Source: Nitrospirales bacterium
GTDB taxonomy: Bacteria > Nitrospirota > Nitrospiria > Nitrospirales > UBA8639
Length of the DNA stretch: 64,000 nt
Assembly: GCA_965203295.1 (NCBI GenBank)
Contig: CBDBCZ010000017.1
Coordinates: forward strand, 2,368,001-2,432,000
Direction of reading: 5' to 3'
This document shows, piece by piece, positions 12,901 to 25,223 of the stretch. Below the pieces are notes generated by a model. The model was not told where the DNA came from, did no database searches, and worked only from the letters and a program-made list of their open reading frames with translations. Position numbers and translations under genes: made by a program. Positions within the stretch are counted from its first letter, which is position 1. Every line of letters starts with the position of its first letter.

Positions 12901-14915
12901 CTGTTTTTGCCGACTGAAAATAAAGTATTGATAGATCTCTGTCAGCATATACTTACATTTTTTTGCCGCACTTTGGAAAGCACCAGTGCTTACATTCAAA
13001 ATCAACAATTTTATGAGGTATCTATACTTGTAGAGTTGCTATGCAGAAAATCATAGCAAAAACGAACCATATCGGCTATTTGGCATGTATAAACTGTCCT
13101 TCTGATTCACATTAGTTGCATGACTTGTAGATCTGGCATTTTCTGTCCGCTTAGTATATGCACTAAAGCTTCCAGCCTGGATAACTTCCCCATTCTTACT
13201 GTTTCTTGTACAGCTATGGCGTGGTTGAAAATTGTTTACTATTTCCACTGCTGCCTAGACAATTTAGTTCAAAATTCCCCGTCCAGCTGCAACCGTTCAA
13301 TAATAATCATCGAATATGGACAGATATTCTGTGTTCTATATATTATTGCATGGTTATGCTTCAATAATTTTAAGATTTTTTGGTCACTCTAGCATTTAAA
13401 CCTAATCATATCTAAAATCCAACAAAGCATTTTTTCACATGCATTGTTCAATTAGTGATAGTATTCTGTGCAATAAAATTTGCTCAGATAAGTGTGCATG
13501 CAACACGCATACACTCTCTTGTTCACAAAAGGAATCATGTTAAGTCATCATGAATTTGTATTACTACCACTACAGGCCAGACTGGATGAGGAGATTGAAT
13601 GCTTTTCGTGTTGAAGCAGCTTGGAGACTGGGACAATGGAGTGAACTGGAGCTCTACCTCAAGAGTGCATGCTGAGAGGACAAAGTACTTTATGTGTGCA
13701 TGAGTGGGTCGTGTTTACTAGAGATTTGTTGGGGTGATCTCTGATTAAGACCCACATAGACACTGGCTAACTTAGAGACTTTTGTACTCAAGACTTCTAT
13801 CCATTTTCTATTTGCCCATACTTTGCTGACTTATTTCTCATCTCACCTTAAATAGGTATAGAACATAAATGCATATGGGCATTATCAAGTGTGTAAAACA
13901 AAAGTAACCTGAGTTGCATGTGCACAACTGGTAAAACGTTATACTGCCATGACACAAATAGATCCTGCCATGACACATAATTATAGATCCTCAGTCATAT
14001 GCATACTGACAAGGGTTATAATTACACGTGAGAGGAAACAAATTTCAGCATAATGGGTGACCAAGGGAAAGACAGAATTATCACATACTCTATTCTATGT
14101 ACATCATATAAACATGAGCATAATCTGTTTAGTATACATCTGTCCGCTTGTAATATTTGTATATTTGCATTACCGCCAGGAGTCTTCAAGTAGTAAGAAG
14201 TGGGATGTCTATCTTTGAAGATTGCTACTAGCTGCCAAGCCAAAGGTTTGCTCTTTGTATTATGTTCACACATATTATTCAAATACCTATACTAAAAAAT
14301 GGGTATGGTTACTCTAGCATTTACAACATAATCATATCTAAAATCCGGTCTTGCATTTAGTACGTGACCTGTTCGATAGGAGTGATAGTTCTCTGTGATG
14401 TAGAATTTGCTCAGATACAACATGCATGCACCTCATACTCTCTTTTTCACAAAAGGATTTTGAAGGCTTCTTGAACCGTTTGAGCAAAGTGCGTAGTGGG
14501 CAAATGGGTCCACTATCTACTGCCAGCTTGGAGCAAGGATCTTGTGGCTATCAGCAAAATAGATGGCAGTTAGTATAATAACCACAGCTCTGTGTAAAAC
14601 TCAGCCTGCCAACATCAATGCCTGCCAGCTGGATTGAAGAGTAGTATAGTTAGTCAGACATTGCCGTGAACAGTACTCCAGCCAAGCATTCCTTATTTTT
14701 TCTATTATATCCACACTATTTTCCTATCCCACTTGTACGTCAGGGTTGACCGGATTTCTCGAGCAGACCTCCTTTAGCTTGCATTACTGTCATATGACCT
14801 TGGAGTATCATTTCCTGTTCCCTCCTGTACGTCAGACTGCATATGCTGCAAGAGTTGGAAGAAGGTGTTAGATTACTGCTGAGCCACAAAGACGAAAGTG
14901 ATGCTGCACAGACTA

Positions 14916-15483
14916 CCGTATAGCCGGAAAAATTGGCGAGAATTAAATTTGGCGAAATCGCCAAAAACCGCTAAAATTAAATATTGGCGAAATTTAAATT
15001 TGGCGATTGTGTACGGCGAAGGCTACGACGTAATCCTAGGCGCCCAACGTGTATTGCTGCGCTACTGGTTTACTGAGCTCGAGAATGGAGATGTTTGAGG
15101 TAGAAAGCTGTGTTCGAAGCCATCATTTTTCAAGAGCTGAACTGCGTTCGAGAACCTCAAACAGCGAGGACCCGTATGCTGTGGCTGTGATGCGCATAAG
15201 CGCTATTGTAGATACTATCAGGCTAGAAGCTTCGAGAAGTGTGTAGCGGCCTTTGTCGCTCTGTTGTCGGCGGCACGCTTTCCAATTCGTGCCCTTTCTT
15301 CTGGCGCGTAAGCGCTATACTTGCCTCGAGGTGACTGTGACAGGCCGCTTTGAGTCTCCAGATAGGGAACGCTTCACAGCTTTGTTCGTGAAAATATAAT
15401 TCGGCGAGAATTTAATTTGGCGATTTTTTACGATTCGCCAAACCGCCCAATTAAAGTCCTCGCCAAATTTTCCGGCTATACGG
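14916..15483. mobile_element. pogo/Tc1-like non-autonomous element inserted in an ATR exon; carries HIRAN-like (+) and transposase N-terminal (-) remnants
   Basis: TIRs ccgtatagccggaaaa / ttttccggctatacgg with TA TSD (14914-15, 15484-85). Removing the element and one TA restores ATR ..AAQTMLNSWQAR.. Confidence 0.93.
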
Positions 15484-15872
15484 TATGCTCAATAGTTGGC
15501 AAGCAAGGATTGAGCTTAGCCAGGTAACAGTTATAATTCCTACATTCTAGTTTTCAAGCATGGATACTTACATGGTATATCCTTATGTAAAGTAGTTGTG
15601 TTCCATAGCTCTCTGCTTTCTCCCTGCTGCCCTCTGTAAAAGCTGGGGTCCTGAAGTGGCACCAGGGGGTGAAGCTAAAGGTGTCTATTATATTCATATT
15701 TCTTTGTGATTTAGGAGTCATTCAGAACTCAGGAACCTATCCTGAGCCTTAGAAGAGTGATTCTTGGACTACAGCTGGGGTAAGCAATGTCATTTACACG
15801 CCCTATTCAGGCGAGCCTGTGCAATCTTCACACAAAAGCAATTCAAATTCTGTTTCTCTGAGTAGTTTCTCA

Positions 15873-16319
15873 CTTTGACCTAGGCATTAGAGTGTCTGGC
15901 TGTTACACATGATGTTGTGGCGAGCTATTGATCCTAGGGGTGGTTTCTTGCTTGTTGTAATTATGTAGGAAAGCTACAGCTCTGCATAACATGTGGCTAT
16001 ATTTTGTTGCATTTCCGTATTGTGTAAGCTTACATGGACGCACAGGTAGCCTCTGTTTTCTGACAAAACGGCGCTAGGCTTGGGCTAGAGGAGCAGCTGC
16101 TATAGCTAACTGTTGTACATGCTTAGCACTGCTTCTGGGAGTATTTCACCACTTGTGGCTGGTATTGTATACATGTGTTGGAAAGCTTATATCTACTTAG
16201 TGCATTCCGCGGAAAGGTTGCTGTTCAGAGTCATGACAAACTCCTTGGTAGTAAGTACTTGTTAAGATTCTTGGACTATCATGTGATGATGTTAGGCAAA
16301 CAATGCTTTTGGTCGGAGT
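15873..16319 (+). repeat. ~445-bp dispersed repeat, copy 1 (copy 2 at 17503-17947)
   Basis: 'ctttgacctaggcattagag...caatgcttttgg' is near-identical in two ATR introns. Confidence 0.93.
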
Positions 16320-17502
16320 CACAATTATAACTGTTTACCATTTATGTGTCTCAGTGTGTGACAGCGATGGTGAATTTGTTTTGCATGGGGGGGTGGGGGG
16401 GGAGGGGGTGTTTTATGACCTGCAGAACACATGCAAGAAGCAAGAGCAAATGCACAGACCAAGGAGGCAGAGGCTGTGAGGTGTGGGAAATTTTAAATAG
16501 CGGTAAAGTGCTGTCATTATATTTCAGCTAATTTACCCAGGATCCAAGTGCAAAGATAGCTTGCCGGTAAATACGTATGTGGCTACATGTATTTTTTGTG
16601 CTATTTTTATTAGCCATGTACCAATAACAAAACTACTGCACTTTACAACCAGCCTGTATATTGCATGTTGCCCGTAAATAGTTGCCCGCCATTTATTTAT
16701 CATTAGAGCTGGCCACTTTCAGACAGCGCACAGTTTTCTTTTGAGTGCCAGTGCTTATTCCTTGCCTGCATTTTGTATGCAAAAGGCAGAGTGGGTTCAG
16801 AAACAGGTGAGAAACTCAAACACAACATAATGTTCTTGGCAATGTAATGATCGTGCAGGTACGTACGTGTGTGTGTGTGTGCAGACATAGCCTTTAATGT
16901 ATGTATTTACCTGAGAATTACATTTAGCTATGTATATTATAGGTAGTGCCAGTTGGTTCTGTCTACCTTACATGCAAAATTGTACTAGTAAAGATGATTG
17001 GGGTACAAGCAGCCTTAGTGTTGCTAGAACAAGACGGTATTTATTTAATGAACCTGTCTCTGCAGGGTAATTCTCATGATACACTCCTTGGCTTACAGAA
17101 GGCTGTGAGGTAAGTACTGTTGACCACAGTTGTTGAAGCACACTGTATGAATACTCATACACTGAGATGCTTGCACATGCAGCTGTGTGTATGTTTGAAC
17201 GTGTACTAATGTGTGTACATACATACGTATGCCTTTTCATACTAGTTAAAGCATTGCTGTGAGTACACTACAAGAACTATTGCATGGGGGTTTGGGAAGA
17301 GGCTAATAAAGGATGAGGCAAAGCCAAATTTTTATTAGTGGCAAGACCATACCTGAGTGCAATAATTCCTGTAGTGCATGAGCATATGCAATGCTTTAAC
17401 TAATTTAGTGACATTCATGGCGAACGCAGAGTAGCTAATTGGAGGTGTTTATCATTGCTAACTTGCACTGGGACAGTCTGAATAGTTTCTAGTTTAAACT
17501 CG

Positions 17503-17947
17503 CTTTGACCTAGGCATTAGAGTGTCTGGCTGTTACACATGATGTTGTGGCGAGCTATTGATCCTAGGGGTGGTTTCTTGCTTGTTGTAATTATGTAGGA
17601 AAGCTACAGCTCTTCATAACGTGGCTATATTTTGTTGCATTTCCGTATTGTGTAAGCTTACATGGACGCACAGGTAGCCTCTGTTTTCTGACAAAACGGC
17701 GCTAGGCTTGGGCTAGAGGAGCAGCTGCTATAGCTAACTGTTGTACATGCTTAGCACTGCTTCTGGGAGTATTTCACCACTTGTGGCTGGTATTGTATAC
17801 ATGTGTTGGAAAGCTTATATCTACTTAGTGCATTCCGCGGAAAGGTTGCTGTTCAGAGTGATGACAAACTCCTTGGTAGTAAGTACTTGTTAAGATTCTT
17901 TGACTATCATGTGATTATGTTAGGCAAACAATGCTTTTGGTTGGAGT
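17503..17947 (+). repeat. ~445-bp dispersed repeat, copy 2
   Basis: Near-identical to 15873-16319. Confidence 0.93.
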
Positions 17948-20900
17948 AGAGTCAGCATAGGCTTGGGCACATGAAAATAAAGCACACTTTGTTGATCTTG
18001 AACTGTTTCGTAATCTAAATATATGTGCTGTCAAAAATTCAGCTTCACCGAAATCTTGAGTGCCTGAGGGTGACTCTAATTATTCGAACAAAATAACATG
18101 TCTGCTGTTTGAATTCCAAAGGTTAATGATTGTTGCAGGAAACGTGGTGGGCGTTCAAATTATTTGCATATTTGTTTGAAACTAGATCTGAAAGAACACT
18201 TTTACAGCTCTAATTTGGTGAGTACAATCTTGGATTATTTTACAATGAGGTTTAAAAACGTAGCAGTGCCAGTATACAGAATGGTGAGCACAGACTTCTT
18301 CGTCCAAGTGTGCATGCACAATTTTACAGTAGCTATTATAGAGGCATATAACTTGCTATTATTTGCAAAAGGCAACTACAATGGTAGCCGACTTACCATA
18401 CGTGTTCCAATTAAAACTCAACAACGATCGATTTTTTTTTGCCACTTGATTCTGCTCACTATCGTAGAAATTTCCTTTTATGTTGTTTGCTTCATTGTCA
18501 GATGGGTACTTATATTTGTAGGTTAGTTTTGTTCATTTAACTCTTTGCCAGCCTAAAGTAGAAAAAAGCATGTATTAATGCCTGATGTAAAATACATAAT
18601 TCACAGAGAACTATATAGGGGAAAAAACATGAGAGTTAATTAACTAGAGTTTGTGGGAAGCCAGTACATGGGTGTTCAAATAATGGAGTAATAATTTCAG
18701 ATTGGCTGTTTGATATGTATATATGTGTGTTTCCCTTGAAGAAGGGGGGTTTTCGAATAATTAGATGGTTGGAATGATTAGAGTCACTACATAAACAGGA
18801 TTTTGGGTTTACTGGCTTTCCAAAGGCCTCCTTTTGAGTGAGTGTAGGCACTATGCAGACAAACAACAGAAAAGCCCTGCTACATTTCAGCTTGTCTTAT
18901 TGATGGGCAGGGATGCAATGAATATGGAGTCAGTGCAATTCACGTGAGAATCGAGTAAGGTCGCCAGTGACCCAAGTTTATGACATTGTAGTGAAATTGA
19001 ATTAATAAGCTGTAGGTTGTACTGACTTCTGGCATATGTCTTTCTCTCCAGTGAGCAGTGGCCACAAGGGGTCATAAATCTTGATGGAACGGGTGAGAGT
19101 ACTACCAGAAACATCATCCATGCTGAGGTACATACGTATGTAACTATGTTTGATGAGCTTATGCATACATTGTAGGTAAGGGTGTGAGTATGGGTATGGG
19201 CCAACCCCGGTACAGGTGAGGGTATACATGTTGTGGACAGAAATGTATTTTTATATAGTAGATGACGCAGTAAACACAATGTACAAATACTGTATAAATC
19301 CCATTAACGCCTGATACTGTAAACATAATCAGATCCTATTTATACTGTATGGTTAGCACCCAATGATGTCTGTATAAGTCAAGAACTAAGATCGAGCTTC
19401 AGGGAGATCCCCATTGTGAATGGTGATGTCATAGTGAGTAGAGTCTTTTATTATTATATGTAGCACAGTTTGCAGGGCCCTCCCCGAGCTTTTCACAATA
19501 TGTAATGAATAATGCCTGCCATCAGAACGGACAACATACAGCTCACAATTCTAGGCCACTGAACAGCACTAGAGGTTTACTAGACATATACAACAGTGCT
19601 ATTAATCTGTGATTGGTCTGATAGTTAGTCATTGCTTGGTATCTAGAAGTCTGCTGCTTAATTGATCAGTCACGCTCGAATCTGACATCAAATCAAAGCT
19701 TGGGAGCTCTTCTCGTCAGCTCTGCTGAGAGTTCAGTCTGAGTCTTCCCTACAAAGCTATACATGGTACACACTAACGTGTATTGTAAATTCCTGTGGGC
19801 ATTCGGTGATGAACTGCACATGCACATGGGCTACATGCTGTATACTTGTGTTCACCTCATTATTGTTGTTATCTAGGCTCTACTACTAATTGGACAGTGG
19901 ATGGAGGACACAGCTCACTTTGACACACAGACTGTCCTGAAGCAGTACAAGGTTAGTTGGTGTTGCACTACCAGTCCCTACTGAGAGTGTACAATGGCCT
20001 CATTGAGCTTTCACATGTACCAGTCTAAGACATATTAGCCAGCAGTTTCTAGAGTGTAACAGTTTACACACATGTTTGTGCTCGTGGCTATCTGAATTTA
20101 TCAGCGTGCTGTTTGTTAGGCAAGAGTCTGTGGATAATGTTTCCATGTCATATGTGGCCATGCTGGGTCATGTGCCAAGGCAGGATGAATAGGGATTCTT
20201 CCTTGTAGCAGTTTGGGAGTGAATTTGTTGAGTGAATTTCCCGAGCAGTTTGGGAGTGAATTTGTTGAGTGACTTTCCCGAGTGTAGCAAAGGACGTAAA
20301 GGACTGCTAGTAGCTACATATACCACCTAAACATACAAATAACACTCATACATACACTCGTGCTCTTACTAGTACAGCACGTACCTGGATTCCTAGAAGA
20401 AAACATAGCGTGTAACTCAGCTGAGGGAAATTTGCCTATATGATATCTAGCCAATATTGAAGGTTTAGACAGTTGAAGATGGATAAGACACACGAAGGAG
20501 GCAGTTTGAGTTTTAATTGTTTATTTTTTTTTGCCAGCTGGGTGCATATGAGCGCACCTAGTACTAATCAAGACTGCTTTGCTTTTTCTATATTTGTCTG
20601 TCTGGTAGCTGTTGTTTGTGCGTCCACACTGCGCAAAATAATATACCACACGATACTATATGCACTTTCTGGAGGTTTATAGACCAAGCTGTAGCACGCG
20701 CGTGTACTTTAGTGTTGCCTATAGACAGTGAAAATGTGGTAGGCAGCCATGCTTCACCCATTATGCCACCTGGGTCCTCAGCAAGCACATCAGCACACTC
20801 TATCAGGGTAAGAGACACTATATATCAGGACTTTATATCCCATCTGTAAGGCACAATAAAATTTCAGGTGTAGGGATATACTATGTGGTGTAGTAGGCTT

Positions 20901-22063
20901 GGCTGTGGCTTCAACACTTTGAATCAATAGAACTGATTCTATTGCAGGTATGGTAATATATACCCTTGTGTATGCCATAATCCACTGTGTAGCTACTCTT
21001 AGACTGTAGCAGTACTTTTACCAGCCAGGCACACATGAAGCATGCGAACGGCTGGTCCTATTATTTCTTTATGTTTTCTGTGTTTGTTTGTCTGTCTGTT
21101 TGTGTGTCCACACTTATCACGTGCACAGCATTACATCACACGTTCCTATGTATCTGCAGTCTACTACTATTACGTACATGTGATACTGGCATGTTTTGGG
21201 GTTTGTAGGCTAAGCTACAGTAGATGAGTGTAGTTTTGTATTGCATAATGCTGAAAAAGTGGCAAGCAAACCTGCATATAGGAAGTGTTCAACTTTCTTT
21301 TAAGAGACTTACTCGTGTGTCTGGCAACTGCTTTGTGGTTCAAGGGCCTTAAAAAGACCACGTTCATTCTGGTGATGGGTACCATCGTAGCTAACAAGGT
21401 TCAGACACTAGGCAGATTGTGCATAGAAATACTTTCCCCCAAATGTATGAATGCAGACACTATTAAAAGCACCATTTATCGTACACTTTTGTTCTGCTGG
21501 CGCCACCATGTGAAATGTTCAATAACAAAATACACACACACAATTGTGAGGTCTTAGTACAGACTAAAAGTGAATTCTAAATATTCTGTGCCAGATATTT
21601 GTGCATGGGGCAGGGTCTCAGCATGCTAGGCTACATAGCAAAGTTAAAACCATATGTCACAATTTAAGCTTAAAAAATTTTTGTTTGAAAATGCTTGCCA
21701 CTTGATTTCTAGATCAGGTTTGTAATAGATTTAATTGCAGGATTGTGCAAACTTTTTTTGAGATTGTGCAAGCCTTGCCGTTGTGGCAAAAACTGAGTGA
21801 GAGACTTAGGAAATGCATATGCAGCTAGCCTGTGTGGAAATCATACCCATCTACATGTACACTCTTCATACTTGATCATCACAGGAATGTCAATATCACC
21901 CATCTGCACAACTTTATGGTTCCATTTATATGCATTGTGCATTGCAAGTACTTGCGCTTGTTTAACTCGCTTGCTGTGCTCACTCTATAATTATATAGAT
22001 AAAAAGGCAAACCGTTAACCTTAGTCTATGAGCGCTGCTATGTACGTACATTACGTACGTATA

Positions 22064-22660
22064 CCGTATAGTCGAAAAATTAAAGAATTAAATTTGGCGA
22101 AATCGCCAAAAATGGCTAAAATTAAATACCTGGCGAAATTTAAATTTGGTGATTGTGTGCGGTGAAGACTATGATGTAATCTTCAATTAATTTGGCAATT
22201 TATATTGGCGTATTACGTAATCCTAGGCGCACAACGTGCAACGCTGCTGAACATGTAAAGTTTTTTGTCACTGAACTTGACAATGGAGATGTTGGGTTTG
22301 CCGATCTTACTATCCACAAGCTTTGAGAAGTGTGTAGCGGCCTTTGTCGCTCCGTTGTCAGTGGCATACTTTCCAATTTGTACCCTTTCTTGCGTGTAAA
22401 TGTTGTACTTGCCTCGAGGTGACCGTGTGATAGGCTTCAAGTCTCCAGATAGAGAGCGCTTTACAGCTTTGTTCGCGAGTTCGATATCCTTCCCAGACAG
22501 AGAGGAAACACGTACGTGGAGTGGTAACAACAACTTCTTTCTTGTGAATGCGCATGTGGGTAATACGCATTATATAATGCATGAGAATTTAATTTGGCGA
22601 TTTTTAATGATTCGCCAAACCGCCAAATTAAAGTCCTCGCCAAATTTTCCGACTATACGG
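22064..22660. mobile_element. Second member of the 14916-15483 MITE family, with a different internal deletion
   Basis: TIRs ccgtatagtcgaaaa / ttttccgactatacgg with TA TSD. The minus strand encodes IELANKAVKR..PRGKYNIYT.ERVQIGKYATDNGATKAATHFSKL, an HTH-like transposase N-terminus. Confidence 0.9.
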
Positions 22661-23291
22661 TATGTGAGCTTTAATGTGACTCAAGCTTGTTCTTTATGGG
22701 ACTGCATGGGTTGAATGGGGTTGACTCACTTTTTCAAAAGCGCTTCACAAGCAGAAAGCAAGAATATCTTGTGTATTGAAAACAGACTTGGCCAAATCTG
22801 GACCAAACTTGTACTAGACTACATTTTTGTTATTTTGGCAGGAAAAAGCTACCTCACATTGGAAATTTGATAGATGTGAGTTAAACTGTATGTGTACAAC
22901 AGCTCATCCTATACTGTATCATGGAAGATATACTGTAGATCGGGATATTTTCATTGTTAATACATTTGTGTCGGTACCCTACGACGATGAAAATAAAAAA
23001 AAACGCTAATTTTTATGAACACCGAACATGACCAATAACGCTACACTTCTGGTGTGTCGAAGCGATAAAAATGAAGTTTAACAGTTGAAACTGCAGCGTT
23101 TACTGGTCAGATAGCTGCCTTGCTGTAGTACTAGAAGCTATGGAGTTACATAGCTAGCACTGGCAATCAACAACTGGAATAGTAAGAGAACGTACGTTTC
23201 TGTTCATAACTTTGTAGGAAATTAATGATTGTGAATTGATATGAGATAATGTTAACTGGTACATGCATATGTACATGTACATGTAGCCTAG

Positions 23292-25223
23292 GTCAATGGA
23301 AGTGGACTTACGTAGAGGGAGTGAATGGCAAAAACTAAAGTCTTGTCATCAACAATTTGTTTGGCACTATTATTCCTGATCAGAGCAGTGGAAAGGTTGG
23401 TTGGGCACAATACATGCTATTTAACTACATAGCAGAAGCTATATTGTTGGGGTGAGCCAGTACGATAATAGTGAATAACAAATGGTATTCTTGGTTTTCA
23501 CTGGTCGTTCTAATTGGTGAATTTTTTCCCCGCTGATGAGAGTGTTATTGTAGTCTCTGCCAAACGAATCAGGTTAGCTCATGACTACTGACTACATGCA
23601 AATTCAGCCACGTTGCAGTGAGCTCACTAACTTGGCAGGCCATATAATCTTACAGGACCAAACCATTTGCAATGGCCCACGAAACTATTCAGTCATGCGA
23701 GTAAGCTTGCTATCGTTGATAGACAAAATTAAGCAGCAATATGTGCATGCGTGCTCAATGTTTGATAGCAGACAATTAGTAGCCATGGGTGCATGGGTGG
23801 AATGGACATCACACAATTGCACCCCTGGCATAAAACCATTACGCATTGTTTTTGAGAGATACGTAATATACGTACATGTACAATGTCAGCATTCTAAGAC
23901 TCATTTAGGCATTTGCTCTTCCTGTCATCAAATTACTTTCCCCTACCCAGGTGAAAAGTGGAACAGTAATTGTCAGTTTACGCAAGATTAAGAAAGACAG
24001 ATGGCAGTTCCTTACCCACCGAGAAAAAAAAGCTAAAGGATGCCAAAGAGTATGTTGTGGTACATTATTACAGTGTGTGTGGGATTTATAGTGTGTGTGG
24101 GAATTAGAGCTGGCTCTACCTACAACTTTGACCTTTGGGAAGTTAGTTGCCCTTGAAAGTGTTCCTTGGCAGTTTCTGGGACACAACTTCCTACAGCCAA
24201 TAATGTAGGTTAGAGCCCTCATTTCCAGGCTCTAGCTATTCAAGTGGGCTGTGTACCTGTTGATACTAATGTGGTTTAACAACAACATAGAGAAGCAGAT
24301 TTAGATCTGTTCTGGAGTATAAGTACCCAAGTACCAAGCTACAATCCACCTCCTGAATCGTAGCACCCAAGCAAATAAAAGTACCCAATGAACCAGTGCA
24401 GCAATGTCTTCAGGGCCATAGATATACTGCAAACCAGTGATGACGGCACTAGGGTCTCGGTTGTGTAGGGATGTTATTACATTTTGACACATGATGCCAA
24501 CTGACCCCTGTTGTGCAAACAGAGTTTTCTGTGCATTTTTCAGTGCAGATTGTGTGGTGTACTTATAATCACAGGATACTTTTCAACGATGAAAAAAAAT
24601 ACAGTATTACAACAGCATGCACAATGAAACTGTTTTTGTCTTGACAGTTACTTTTGCAATTTTCGACTTACTGTACTCTGTGGCCGATGTAGTGCTGTTC
24701 TTATAGCCTCGTTCCCAGGCCCAGCTTTTTTTTCGCACGTAGTAAAATAAGTGTGCGAAAAAAAGCTGGGCAGAGCCTGGGAACGAGGCTACTGTTCTTA
24801 CACATGGGTGGTCTCTCTTCGCACCGTGAAGTGCATACTCACAAGGCAGTTCTATGTCCCCACGGATGGCCCGCTCCAAATAGAAGTACCCATACTTGTG
24901 CTCCAAAGTTTACGTTATTAGCATCTCTTTGATAAACTTTTTTACCTCTGTATGTTAGACTGTGCTGAAGCATGCCAGGTACTTCATATTTCAGCTTTTG
25001 CTCTAGAACACATAAACTGATTATTCAGTCAGCTTGTATTTAGTCATTGCAGTAAAAAAAAACCAAGGGAATCAAAGAAGATGACGTCGACCCTGGAGCA
25101 GGCCTGATGAACATGATGAAGCAGATGTATCAAGATGGTGATGTTGAACTGAAGAGAACCATTGCTAAGTCGTGGTACGAGTCCCAGCAGAATAGGATAG
25201 CAAAAGGCGAAGGTGAATTTTAA
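23292..25223 (+). pseudogene. CACYBP: Calcyclin-binding protein (CACYBP/SIP), last three exons, inactivated
   Basis: Exons 23292-23395 (GVNGKN*SLVINNLF..SSGK; TAA at 23336), 23951-24049 (VKSGTVIVSLRK..RWQFLT) and 25053-25223 (DPGAGLMNMMKQMYQDGDVELKRTIAKSWYES..GEF*, SGS domain). Confidence 0.88.
24704..24791. mobile_element. 88-bp fold-back MITE with TAG..CTA ends and a 9-bp TSD (AcademH-like)
   Basis: tagcctcgttcccaggc...gcctgggaacgaggcta, flanked on both sides by ctgttctta. Confidence 0.88.

Noticed and set aside
20208..20282. 36-bp direct repeat, two copies
   Set aside because: Simple local tandem duplication with no further structure.
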